Positions 50,975-63,487 of a stretch of 64,000 bases of DNA are shown here, in pieces. The position numbers and the translations under genes are program-made. Position 1 is the first letter of the stretch. Every line of letters begins with the position of its first letter. This DNA is from Lama glama. Its lineage: Eukaryota. The DNA is taken from positions 100,504,001-100,568,000 of the forward strand of contig CM052817.1 in NCBI GenBank assembly GCA_028534125.1, in the 5' to 3' direction. Below the pieces are notes generated by a model. That model saw only the letters and a list, made by a program, of their open reading frames with translations. It did not search any database and was not told the DNA's origin.

Positions 50975-51185
50975 CAGCTGACCCTTGAACAACATGGGTT
51001 TGAACGGTGAGGGTCCACACTTACACTTCATTTCCTTCACTAAGGAAGGAAAGTCCAAGGTTGGCTGGATTCTTGGATGTGAAACTGCAGACAGCGAGGG
51101 CCAACTGTAAAGTTAGGTGAGGATTTTCAGCTGGAGTAGGTGGGGCTTGGGGCCCTCGACTCCTTTGCTGTTCAAGGGTCAGCTG
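50975..51185. mobile_element. Tigger2-type (TcMar-Tigger) MITE in FBXW7 intron
   Basis: Perfect 17-bp TIR CAGCTGACCCTTGAACA at both ends; TA target duplication at 50973-50974 and 51186-51187. Confidence 0.9.
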
Positions 51186-51843
51186 TATTTTTGAATTGAA
51201 AATGCTGTCTTTCAGGAAAGGAAACAAGACCCATTTTCTAAACCTGCTATTAATGTAGTTATTTATGTCAAAATATGGCAATCTATTCAAAGATATCAGG
51301 TTCCAATGGTTCCAAACCAACCAACCAAGGGTCAGTTTGGTCAGATTTACTTCTTTGCGGCTACAAACCAGCAGCCCTGTGCGGCCGAGCAGCTCTGTAC
51401 AGAAAGCTCCACGCCCCACTTTGAAGGGGCCAGAATCACAATTACATGGTCCATCAACCTTCAGCTATCAAGGCAAAGGGGGAGCTTTTGGCCAATTACT
51501 CCTCTGCTGAGGAGTTTATTAAAATCCACGTTATTCTCCTGTGAGACTGTCTACCTGCTAACTGATACAGCAAAATTTGGGGCTCCCGAGTCTCAGGTTC
51601 CCAGACACATATTTGCATTTTAGAGGGATGTCAATCACCAAAAAATTGAAACAAATCATTAAGATAATTTCAAAACTTATGCTTTCTTCATGCCAATTTT
51701 AAAGTATATGTAAACAGCAGAATAATTTGATTTGTCTTTTTTGGACTGTATCGGATCAGCAATTGACAGTGATCGTCTGACGAAGACAGTCCTCTGGCTC
51801 GTCAGCAGAGCCCCCTACGGAGCCGCGGAGACCGACCTCTTAC

Positions 51844-52069
51844 CTGTAAGGAGTAGACTCTGTTAGTGTGCCCCTGCAGCGTGTGCAGACAGGTCTCCGT
51901 CTCTGGGTCCCACACCTTCACCATAAAGTCATACGCTCCACTCACGACCCTCCTGCCATCATACTGAACACAGCGGACCGCGGCTACGTGACCCATCAAA
52001 ACATGTAAACACTGGCCTGTCTCAATATCCCAAACCCTAAGAGTGGCATCTCGAGAACCGCTAACAACC
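51844..52069 (-). CDS. FBXW7: FBXW7 coding exon (WD40; contains R479- and R505-equivalents)
   Basis: (R)[75 protein letters not shown]; acceptor ccacag, donor CAG|gtaag; 226 nt. Confidence 0.98.
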
Positions 52070-53991
52070 CTGTGGTGGGGGGGAACAGAAAAAAAGTGCA
52101 TGAGAATTTTAACAACATGAGAAAACATGATATATACAGTCAGTGGTCAAATACAACTTTTTTTCCTTTTCTTAAGCAGGAATGCCTGTTTTCAAAAGAA
52201 ATACATACTACATAAAACCTTGTTATATAAACATACAAAGTGAGTTACTCTGACTGGATTAGGAAGCTGGAAAGCCTACAATTCTGCCTGTTTGGTTCCC
52301 CCACCTACAAGGGGTCCAGGAGCACCCAAGTTTTCAGCTTGAAAACTACTGGATTTTAATTAGACAAGATGAAGATGAAGAAGAGGTTCAAGCAGCAGCA
52401 GCAGCTCTAAATAAATACAGTAAGACCTTGATTTTAGAAATAAAATGCTAATGTCGGCAATGTGTATAAAAATGTTAACTCAGACGGTAGTATTTTGAAA
52501 AATTTAGATTTTCTTCTTTCTCTCATTTCCCCAAATTTTAATTATGAACATATACTTCCTTTGTGACTAGGGAGAAAATTCAATAAAGATTTTTCAACAA
52601 ATCAGAATTTGGAATTTGAACAGCTAAAAATCTCCACTTTACACCATGCCTTCCGGTAAAATTAACCAGTTTTAAATATGTCTTCAAACAAAGGCTGCTT
52701 AAGTTTATATTTACAAATATTCAATAGGCTATTGGGGCATTAAGATATATAGATTTTAGAAGACACACATGTAGGGGAAACAGAAATCCCTTACAAATTT
52801 GGCTCAACGTTATTAAAGTGAAACTCTTCTGAAGACCGGAGTGATACAAACACTAAAATCAGCTTTGAATTACAAAAGAGAGCTGGAAACTCGGGTATCT
52901 TTATGTCATTCTTAAGAGATAAAGAAAGGCCAGAGTTTTTATATCTGGAAAAGCAGAAAATGAAAGCATTGAGAGATTTAAGTCAGAACATACTGGAAAC
53001 TGAAATGCAAGGTCTCCTGATACCAATTCCCCTAATTTTAACAGTAGGGCACGCTGTTCAAAGCAGATACAAATTATACGTGAGAAGGTACTTTTCTCCA
53101 CATAATCTAGAGTGAAATCTGCCTAATGTAATGGTCCTTAATAAAAGAAGATGCTATGGGCAGAACTGATGGTTAAGTCTGGAGCAGATTCCCTCTAAGG
53201 ACCCTTCCGAGAGACCTTTCCTGATAAACGAGGCAGAAATCACACTGTTTAATGGGGGCCACGGAGACACGCCGGGGGAACGACAGGAAGGACTTTAACA
53301 GGAAGGCTTAGTAGGAGGAGGTAAAAGCAACAGAAGAGGCGCTGAGAAGAGAAGGCAAGCAGTCTGGTTTGGCTGAAACTATTTTGAAAACTGGATCGAA
53401 GGTTTCTTCCTTAAGTGCTCTCCGAGGGCAGAAGCACTATCATCATGGAGGAGGTGTCCTGCCAGCTGTGTGAAAAGCGAGCATGTCTGAAGGCGATGTC
53501 AACAGTTCAGGTGACAGGTAACGAGAGAACAAGTCACAGCCCAGACACAGGGGCCATGATGGAGTGGGGGCAGGGTGCGTGACTAGGTAAACAGATCCAG
53601 AGGCTTGAAGCCTGAATAACTGAATTTGTCCCACTACCAGAAGTATATCCAAAAATTTTTTTTTTGAGGATGGTGAGTCATCAAAGATGTAGAACAAAAA
53701 AGTAAGGCACTATTCAAGATAAGAGAATGGAAAGTTTCAAGGTGGAAGCCAATAACGGTTAAATGAGGAAGGAAATTTGAAGACAACTGCCCAATTTTAA
53801 GGCAATACACTACCACTTTCCTCATATAAAAACATCTGAAGTTGAATAATTAAAAGTCTAGTTTAAGAGCACATTATCACTCTCTCTCTATCAGACACAG
53901 TAAGTACTGTACAACTGAACTCTACACAAAAGGGCCCAAATTCACAAGTCACAGAGGAGGAATCCCCACCCACAACCGGCCCTGCCCTCAC

Positions 53992-54173
53992 CTTTTCTCA
54001 TGGAGATGCATGCAGCGCACAGTGGAGGTGTGCCCGTACAAGGTGTGTATGCACTCCCCAGTCTCCGCGTTCCATACTTTGAGAGTCCGGTCTGTAGACC
54101 CACTAATGATGATATTGTCCCTCATCTGTGATGACCATACTCCACCTGTGTGTCCCACTAATGTCCTCAGACA
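53992..54173 (-). CDS. FBXW7: FBXW7 coding exon (WD40; contains R465-equivalent)
   Basis: [61 protein letters not shown]; acceptor ttccag, donor AG|gtgagg; 182 nt. Confidence 0.98.
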
Positions 54174-55405
54174 CTGGAAAAACACTTAAGATGATTACTT
54201 TCGGGTAGAAAGAAAAACAATTTAAATAACATTTCAGTAGTTCATTAAAATTTGCAGTGAAGCTATTTACTCAATTTATATGTTTGGCATATTAGAAAAT
54301 AATTTCTCATATCAATATGACACGACCCCATCACTGTTAACTACTTTGTTTATCCAGTAGTATTACACATATCATATACACACACAGTTAAGGAACACGT
54401 ATGTGGAAAGTAAACCTTTCTCACTCAAGTATGATAGCTCCAGCCTGGCCTCTTTGATAAAATGATACTAAAATTGCAGCTTGGTTTCCTCCATGGGAAT
54501 GGATGCAATGAAAGCGGGCCAACAGCGTTGGGTGTGGCTACATACCACATTTCATCTGAATCTGCCCCAAGGCAGTAGTTAGGAGCCAGGCAAGGTACTT
54601 CTAAACAAGTAAAGACAGACATTAAAACCCCAAAATAAATCCAAAACTAATATTACACTATGGAAATATGAAGCTGCTTTAAAAAATTTTAACATCTGAC
54701 TTGGAATATTTAGAAGATTCTTGCCCGAGTCAACATGCTATAAGACATTTTAAAAGAGATTTCGCGCCCCCCACCACGTTCTTCTATTATTTTTTAGGTG
54801 GTCAATTACTTAACTCAAAATATTTTCCACTGGACAGATAAAAATAGGTATTCAGCAGAGAACCACTAAAGTATAATATTGTATGCAGTGAAATTGATTG
54901 CATGACTGCTTTTTTCCTTCAAACTCCTATTTAACTAACTAGTCTGCTTAACTTCTCTTACAAGGTTTGAGATAAGTCAGAATTAACATGATTGACTTAA
55001 CTTCTAAACTACAGGTAGGTTATCAACAAAGTAGTTTATAAGGGCAAAAAAAAAAATCCCTCAATCATATTTTTGAAAAAGATTAAAAAGGAATGAGATA
55101 TAACTAAGACAGTTAATAAAAGAAAAATTAAGCAAAAAAAAAAAATCACATCTGTAAAATCTTAAAGTTAGCCAAGTCACAAAGACAGACAAACTACTTA
55201 AACAGGAAGGAACTAATGACATCCCTATCATGAGAAACACCATTTTCATGCCAAGGGAAAATCTGAATTAGAAGCTCTGATATTTGCTATCAAAATAAGC
55301 GAGGGTCAAAAATGAATCCTTGTTCTTCTTTCACTGGTTGGTCCTTGCAAAGATACACACAACATGGTGGGTGAATTTGGGAAGTGCAGAAAGGAGTGAA
55401 CTCAC

Positions 55406-55519
55406 TTTGCCTGTGACGGCTGACCAGACTTTCAAAGTGTTGTCGTCGGAACCACTGACTATTCGGTTCCCACAGAACTGTAAGCATGTGATCACATGAT
55501 CATCATGCCCTTTCAGCAC
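55406..55519 (-). CDS. FBXW7: FBXW7 coding exon (WD40 repeat 1)
   Basis: VLKGHDDHVITCLQFCGNRIVSGSDDNTLKVWSAVTGK; acceptor ttgtag, donor AAA|gtgag; 114 nt. Confidence 0.98.
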
Positions 55520-55950
55520 CTACAACACAGACGAACAGATCAGAAATATGTTATTAAAATATGTTTTTGTAAATACTGGTGAAAAGAAAAATGAGGCCAT
55601 CAATAGCAACAGTAATCTGTAGTCTATTTCTAGAATTAAAATGTATATAAAATATGAAGCATCCTTCCTGGCAGATGAATCACGTATTAAACGTTCTGTT
55701 TCCACATTCTATTATTTACACTGGAGACATCAACTTCTAAAGTTTTATTCAGTCAAGACCTCAGGAAGATGGTCTAAACACAGATGTATTTTATAATCAT
55801 CTATTTTGTCTGTTCAAACCAGAAGAATATGCACTTAAGTTGTACAGTTTTGACCACAAAAGCAAAAGTACCTACTAACTAGAAAGACAATAACTATCAA
55901 CTTTTTCAGCTTAAAACAAACAAAAAAGCCTGTCATAACACATACATATT

Positions 55951-56050
55951 GGCGGGTGGGTATAGCTCAGTGGCAGAGTGCGTGCTTAGCATGCATAAGG
56001 TCCCTGGCTGAGATCCCCAGTACCCCCATTAAGAAAGAAAGAAAAAAAAA
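55951..56050 (+). mobile_element. tRNA-Ala-derived short SINE (vic-1-like) in FBXW7 intron, antisense to the gene
   Basis: GGCGGGTGGGTATAGCTCAGTGGCAGAG...CTTAGCATG...GATCCCCAGTACCCCC plus (GAAA)n/A tail; flanking ACATATT at 55944-55950 and 56052-56058. Confidence 0.85.
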
Positions 56051-56586
56051 CACATATTAATACAAAGTATCTCCTCAAGTTGCTTTTTTCCAGTTGAAAA
56101 AATTTAGCTAAGAATTTCAAGCTTATTTGCTATTCTTTATATACTTAAAATGTTGTAAGACAGAAAATCAGAATTATGCTTAAATTTATAAAATTAAAAC
56201 ACACAAGAGCCACCACCAAAAACCCCCCAAACGTGGGCACTCCTGAAAAAATCATGTTTGGATTTTGTGGTCAGAGAGGGAACAATTTCTTGGGTAGTAT
56301 GGCATATGACCCAAAATTCAACAGGATATTCAGAAATTTTCATTGACATGTAATAGAACAACATGCAATTCAATGCATCTTTTATTCAAGTACAGTTAGT
56401 CTTCAGACTAGAGAAATTAGCAAAGAGGATATTGTCAGTTACATTTTCAGTTATTTTAAAATATATTGTTTTCCTTCTATAGAAGAGAGGCTGTCAAGTT
56501 ACACTGCTTGCCAAAATGTGAAAGAGGCACACTACGTCCGAACACTGATGCACACGGTCTGTTACATCACGCAGGAGTTCAGTTAC

Positions 56587-56723
56587 CTTAGGAGACTTGA
56601 GTTCTCCTCGCCTCCAGTTAGTATCAATCCTGTGCTGCCTGATGTATGCACTTTTCCATGGACTGTGTATGAAACCTGGTTTTATTACTTTTCTTCTCTT
56701 GATGTGCAATGGTTCATCAATAC
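56587..56723 (-). CDS. FBXW7: FBXW7 coding exon (F-box to WD40 linker)
   Basis: (G)IDEPLHIKRRKVIKPGFIHSPWKSAYIRQHRIDTNWRRGELKSPK; acceptor ttttag, donor AAG|gtaact; 137 nt. Confidence 0.98.
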
Positions 56724-56934
56724 CTAAAATTTTTAAAGAAGAATAATTGCCTTCACCAATAATACAAATTACACATTTTATAATGTAGATATATTCTCCC
56801 CTATGCTCAAAATCACTGAAGGGCAGGACACTGTCTAATTTCTAACAGCTATTATAAAACAATAATGTAAAGTTTGCATTCTGTAAGGCATGTTTTATGT
56901 TGACTATTTTATGTCTTTCTCAAAGTAATTCTAT

Positions 56935-57612
56935 GAAATGTTGGTGAGGGTGTACAGAAATCAGAACACTTGTACAATGCTGGTGGGAATATAAAATGAT
57001 GCTGCTGCTATGGAAACAGTATGGCGTTTCCTCAAAATAAACTAAACATAGAATTACCATATGATCCAGCAATTCCACTTCTGGACATACACCCAAAAGA
57101 ACTGAAAGCAGGGACTTGAACAGATATTTGTGCACCTATGTTCACAGCAGCATTATTTATAACAGCCAAGAGATGGAAGCAACCCAAGTGTCCATAAATG
57201 GATTAAAAAATGTGGTATATACAGACAATGGAATGTTAGACTTTAAAAAGGAAGAAATTCTGACACATGCTACCACTTGGATGAACCTTGCAGACATTAT
57301 GCTAAGTGAAGTAAGACAGTCACAAAAAGACAAATACCAAATGATCCCACTTACATGAGCTACCTAAAAAAGTCAAATTTATAGAGACAGAAAACAAAAT
57401 GTTAGTTGCCAGGGCTGGCAGGGAGGAGAAATAAGGAGTTATTGTTAAATGGGTATAGAGATTCAGCTGGGGAAGATGATAAAGTTCTGGAGATGGATGG
57501 TGGTGACAGTTGTGCAACAATGTGAATGTACTTAATGCCACCAACTGTAAACTTAAAAATGGTTAAAGTGATACATTCTTTGTTACGTATAAATTATCAC
57601 AATTTTTTAAAA
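56935..57612 (+). mobile_element. L1 (L1MB-like) 3' fragment in FBXW7 intron, antisense to the gene
   Basis: ORF2 end (EILTHATTWMNLADIML) and 3'UTR GTTCTGGAGATGGATGGTGGTGACAGTTGTGCAACAATGTGAATGTACTTAATGCC. Confidence 0.88.
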
Positions 57613-58507
57613 AGTCATTAAAATAAAGATTCTCTGAGAGAAGGCAGGAATAATTACTACCACTTTATGTATACTTGAGAAGACAAGGTTTTCCTGATTA
57701 GTCCAAGCCACAGACAGGGCAGAGGCAGGATTAGAAACCAAGTACCTGGGATCTTTGCCTCTGAGCTTTACTAACCATCAGTGGTCCCCACTAACCATAA
57801 CCTCCACAAAGGGGAGGACAACATATAGCATATCTGTCTTATGCTCTGATTCTTTCTCAAAAATTCTGTTTGTCAAAGGCAAATAATATTTTTTCAAAAA
57901 TAATACTTTTCTAGATGCCTGTTGGAAAAGAAAATGTCCTTTCTTAAATTCACATGTTTGATACCTACTCCTTTACTAAGAAAGGGGATTTTTTAAACAG
58001 TCTCAGAAGACAAGCTCCATGGGGGGACGAAAATGGAAATTCACTACTATATCCCCAGAATTTAAGAATATCCAGCACATGAGAGGTGTTCAATAAATAT
58101 TCGTGGAAGAAATGAATAGAATATAAATATTTCAGTTCTTAATTGCCAGTTAAATTCTGGGGTTCTCTTTAAATCATCTTCATCTTGACCTTCTCATTGT
58201 TTATAAATTCCACTGGAGACCGGGAAGCAAATCAGATATATTTACTATTAGCTACATACAGTGCTCTTTATTAAAGGGCTTAGAGGCAGGATTCGGCTCA
58301 TTTGAACATGTGGAATACCCTGTGGATTTTATATAAGTAAGTGAATGTAAATGAAGATGCATTCTTAATTCTTTCGTAAGTTCTTTTTTTATTTATCCGC
58401 CATTTTATTATTCTTGCACATCAAACTTCCTATTTTTTAATTTGTTTTCAGAATCATGTTGCTTTTTTGAGATACCAACATTTTCTCTCTGTGATTTTGA
58501 ACCTTAC

Positions 58508-58631
58508 CCTCTTCTTTGCATTTCTCTCTCCAGAGAAGGTTGTCTTCAGCCAAAATTCTCCAGTAGCGACACGTCTGAGCTGCTTGTAGCAGGTCTTTGG
58601 GTTCCAGGAATGACAGCACATAAAGTGCCAG
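58508..58631 (-). CDS. FBXW7: FBXW7 coding exon (F-box)
   Basis: LALYVLSFLEPKDLLQAAQTCRYWRILAEDNLLWREKCKEE-G; acceptor ccatag, donor G|gtaagg; 124 nt, frame continues from previous exon. Confidence 0.98.
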
Positions 58632-61600
58632 CTATGGAAAGAAAAAGCAGAGTGTATGCATACATCTTGTTTTAATTGTAGAAAACAGTTATCTCTATAG
58701 GATGAAGTAATTGTAGATAAATGTAATGTAATTCTACATTCTAGTTTCTAAAATTATGAAAGGCAGTAGTACCCTTCTGATATTCAGTTTTAACACATAT
58801 ATGCCAGACTTAAAACATCTTATTGATTTTTATGTCCTTCACTAACTCCTCACCTCTTCAAGGATACTTATTAAACCTCTCTGCCTCCTCTCTTGCCTTT
58901 GCTCTGTGAGCCTCAACTCAAGAATCCTATTATTTATTTATACATTTTTTACTTTATTAGTTGCTTTAAATTTTGTCTTTTTCTGTTCTCACTATAATTT
59001 AATTTCACTTAAATGAGATTTCTATAGATTCTGTGTGACATGACTTCAGATTGCTTCGGACAGTTAGATATAATTAACAGTTCTTTATCTTAGCAAAGTG
59101 TTTATATCACAACGATGAACTTTTCAAATATTTATACACTTTGCTGTAAATGACAAAAGGGAACAACTATTAAACCATTCTATAGATGTACAGATGTAAT
59201 TGGGTTCTAATTCCTTAATATTGCTTATGGGGATTTTCTTGATGGGCCAGATAAGAGTTTTATTCTTGAGCCAGGTCTTTGATGCATCATTGATTTAAAA
59301 ATTTTATTTCCAATATTTGCAAATCATCAATTTTTTTCCAGTGTGTAAAGTCAATTCAAATAAATGAAAGGAAAGAGAAGGAAAAGGGGAATGACAGCTT
59401 CTGATATGCTCATTCAATTAGCCTCACAAATCACATAAAAATTTAAATTATGATATTAAGACAGAATGATCTAAACAGAGTAATAAAGTTTAGTTTTCAT
59501 ATAGACTAAGTTACAAAGATTAAAAACAAACTATCATTAAAGGGCCTAGGGTCATATAGGGAGTAAAAGCATAACCTGAATTATTTTTTGATGCTAACTA
59601 GGAATTACATGATATAAATTATGCTTTTCCAATGACTTTGTGTATATAGAGTTCATCATTAAAATCACATATTTATTGAGTACATTCTATACAGAAAGTA
59701 CTTCCACCAGTGAGAATTCAATTTAATACTACTACTGATAAATGACAGTGAAAAGCTTTTTGTGGAATAATTATTTTTGGTCTATCAGAGAAGACCATTC
59801 AGCATCATACATAGAAACTGAGTTACTGAAAATAAAAAGCATAACAATATTCAAATATCTATATGTGGGTTCATACCTACATACACATATACAAATAATA
59901 CATATACATACATAACTCAACATTGTATTTTTTAATGGATATTCCATAAGCCACTTAATTTTGAAATTATCAATCAATCAAAGCCTGCGCAAGTTTGCTT
60001 AGTGTCAGTAGGACAGTAAAGTGGTAACACCACACTACCTTCTTAACACCATCCTTAGTCTTCTATGTGAAATTGATATTTAACGTAGAAATTATCAGGC
60101 ACAAGGTTATATTTGCAGAAAAGAGATGCTATTTAATGCCCAAGATATTTAGAATGGTCACATGAAAGTCTATTTTTTGCTTTAGATTTCCAGCTGAAGT
60201 AGAAATCAGGTAATTTATAGAAACATTCAATGGATCCTAAAGGCTAAGAAAGAAATCCAGAGTGGCTTAGATTTCAAAGGTTTATCCCAAAACCAACAGG
60301 TAAAATTTCCATCATTGCTGGTAGTTAAGAGATCAGCTAGTCCAGTGCCAGCATGCATTAAAAAGAAATATAAAGAAACACTCAAGTGCTGAAGAAAGTT
60401 GAAGTGCTAACTCCATAGGTAACTGGCACCCATTCCTTAAAAATAGCAAAGGCCTTAACTCAACCATGAACTTCAACGTATAAATGTTTGTCTATTCCAT
60501 CAAAACATCTCTGTAATATAGAAAATACACACAACAAAACAGAAAAATATGAACAAGAAAATCAGAACCAGGAAATACATAAATCAGAAAAGGTGTAAAC
60601 CGGAGAAAAAGTAGAACACAAATATGCTGACAATAATACCTGACGTGGCTTTTTAATTAGGCTGCCAAGCAAAAATAAAACTGCGCTTAGTTACACAGTT
60701 CTTGGTGTGTATTATGGGGAAGTATACCAGTTCCTCAGCAGAAACAAAGTTTTGCCATCTAGAGTTTCTTACAGGGGACAGAGAGTAGGTATTGTCTCAA
60801 AGTACATCCTACAACACCACAGTAGGGGCTTATAGGTTTCTTATAGCCAAATCAAATGGTCTAGCGACACTGTTTCTATTCACTTGTCTTAAAGGTAAAA
60901 AATCTAAATTAGTAATTCTTCCTAAGGATTACTTCCACAAGACAGAAGCTCTTAAATTGAAAATTTATTTCAGAATTATCTTCTCCTTGCCCAAATTTGT
61001 CATTTCAATGAGAGTTGCTATCTTTTGTTTTTCTTTATGACTTAATAAAAGACTACCATGTTATATTTAAAAAGTAGCTAATACTTCCCCAGAATTGGTG
61101 TATTTCAGTGGAATAAACTAATGAAAGGAAAAAGAAAAAAGAATAAAGAACATGCTGGCTGATCCTATGTTAGGAATTTAGGTTTTCTCTTGGATCATGT
61201 GCATTATATGACTATGCTTTTCTCGGTATTTACTTAACAAATACGGATAATGCTGTTTATCACAAGTCTCCCACGTGAGACTAGTGAGATTTTTGTCAAG
61301 GTTTTTTGAGATTAATAAGTAAATATTGGTAAAGAGCTCAGATCTATTGGAAGGAACTATTGAAAAATTATTATAAGTCCATTTCCTGACATGAAGGTAA
61401 TACCGTTTTAAATAATAAAAGTACTTAGTCTCCAGTAAGACGTTAGTGATCTTAAGGACTTAGATTTATATACTATTATTTCTTGACATATAAAATAGAG
61501 CATTTTTCAAAATAGAACAATTTTTCCCTAGTAATTAAGAACAAAGGGAAACAAGTGACGTGTTAAGTCAGGCTCACTCATTCTCCCATCTAGCCTCACT

Positions 61601-63260
61601 GCTTTCCATTCAGGCAATCTTTAAAGGAACACTTAATCCAAGGAAATCCTTATTGCGCTTACCCTAGTTGTCAATAATTTGTGCTTAATTCTTAGATTCT
61701 TGAAAATAGTCTCACTTTCTTCTGATTTTAAATCACATTTTTTTGTGTGTGTTAAGAAACCACTATGAAAATCCAAACAAAGCAAAAGCAAAGGAAAAAC
61801 AAGAACCTCACAATCCTTAGAGATAAGAGGACAAACCAAACCAAGAGAAAGTCTGTATTTTAACAAAAATGCTACCTTCTAAAATGAGGAGGATTATCAA
61901 GGGAAACTATGAAGAATATATCAAAGGCGAATAAATTCACTCTCAGTCAAATACTTATGAATGTGTTCCCTATTATTAACGTCCTTCTGGAAGCAAAGAG
62001 AGCTTATGCCACTTTCATAAGCCAAATCTATTCAAAGGGTTCAGTTTCAGATTGAGCCAGCAAGAATAAATATTTTTTCTGGGACAATGTCATTTTTAAA
62101 AATCACTCCAAAGAAGCTATTGCTTCTTTTTTCAGGAAAAAAGATGTTTTTTCCACTTTGCTTTTTCCTGGAGTTATGCTGAGTTTCACCCACTAACCAT
62201 GATGAAACCACTTTATTAATATCCAATATGAAATAATTATTACTGGGACTCTCTTTAATGCTCTTAGAATATTTAGAATGGTTATCTGAAAAAAATCAAC
62301 TCCTGCTCTCTTCAAATTTGAAGTTTCAGGACCATTTGCATTTATATTTATACTTATGTGAATATAAATGGTATTTTATATTATCTTCTTAGCTGATCTA
62401 TAATTAGTGGCATATACATAATTAGTGAAAATATAAATCACAGTAACACTGATTGCTTAATGTTATATTATTTCTGTTTGCTGGCAAAAATGAAACCATG
62501 AAGACTGAAACATCAATAAAAGAACTATACCTAAACTTTGTCTCATTAAAACAGACAAGAATGCTCCTATGATTATAATTCATCTATGATAAAAAAAAAC
62601 CCAGATCTCTTATATAAAGATATTAAAACAAATGGGCATAAATAAAAGAAATGCTGTAAGAATGTAATTGGCATGGGAAATCTGATCATGTATATGTATG
62701 CATGTGTGTGTGATGGGGCGGGAAGGGGGTTGATTAGCAGAAAAAGATATACATGTGAAATTTCGTATATTGCAAAAATAATTACATAATGTAAGTAACA
62801 GAGAACTACAATACAATCCAACAGAATCATAAAACTACCAGTCCTGAAGGAACCTAAGATAAAAAACAAAATAAGAAAAAAAATTGCTGTTTTAATAAAA
62901 TCAGCATTTTAAAAAATCTACTACTATAATGAACATACCAAGATAATTAAAGGCTGGATTTCAAATAACCTGGGAAAAAGTTCTGGTAAAGAAACAATCA
63001 AATTAATGACTCTCAATAGCTTAGTGTCATACATGACTTATCTAGGGTGGAAAGAAGACACACAGTCCGTAAGTATACTTCAATCTGAAAATTATATTAA
63101 GTCCAGGCAGCTTATCATTTCTAGCCCTCTTTAATACTAATTAAGAGTGTTAAACTGACAATACTGAATACCATAATTAGCATGCAATGTCTAAAGGTGG
63201 TAGCTGTTGATTTATATTCTCAAATAGCACCCAATGAAGAATATAATTGATAATCCTTAC

Positions 63261-63395
63261 CTCTTTAGGGAGCAAGGAAATGAAGTCTCGCTGAAACTGG
63301 GGTTCTATCACTTGCATCATATGTTTTACTTGGGTTGGTTCACAACTATCAATAAGTTCATCTAAAGCAAGCAATTTCTCTGGTCCACTCCAGCT
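63261..63395 (-). CDS. FBXW7: FBXW7 coding exon (end of dimerisation domain, start of F-box; approx. human alpha aa 243-287); first exon visible, gene continues beyond window
   Basis: Translates SWSGPEKLLALDELIDSCEPTQVKHMMQVIEPQFQRDFISLLPKE; acceptor gatag, donor GAG|gtaagg; 135 nt, phase 0/0. Confidence 0.98.
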
Positions 63396-63487
63396 CTATC
63401 AAAGAGGAATTAGAAATTTTTATTATTTTAATAAGTGCCTCAAATTATAAGCTCATAAAGGAAAATCTACATCCACATACAACATAA
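63280..63487 (+). pseudogene. Disrupted antisense frame homologous to the published DEspR/DEAR (FBXW7-AS1) ORF
   Basis: Plus frame reads MKSR*NWGSITCIICFTWVGSQLSISSSKASNFSGPLQLYQR, then +1 frame ELEIFIILISASNYKLIKENLHPHTT*; matches my recollection of the human DEspR peptide. Confidence 0.65.

Noticed and set aside
48497..63395. FBXW7 as a pseudogene or retrocopy
   Set aside because: Introns present, all junctions GT-AG, phases compatible, no stops or frameshifts in 465 codons
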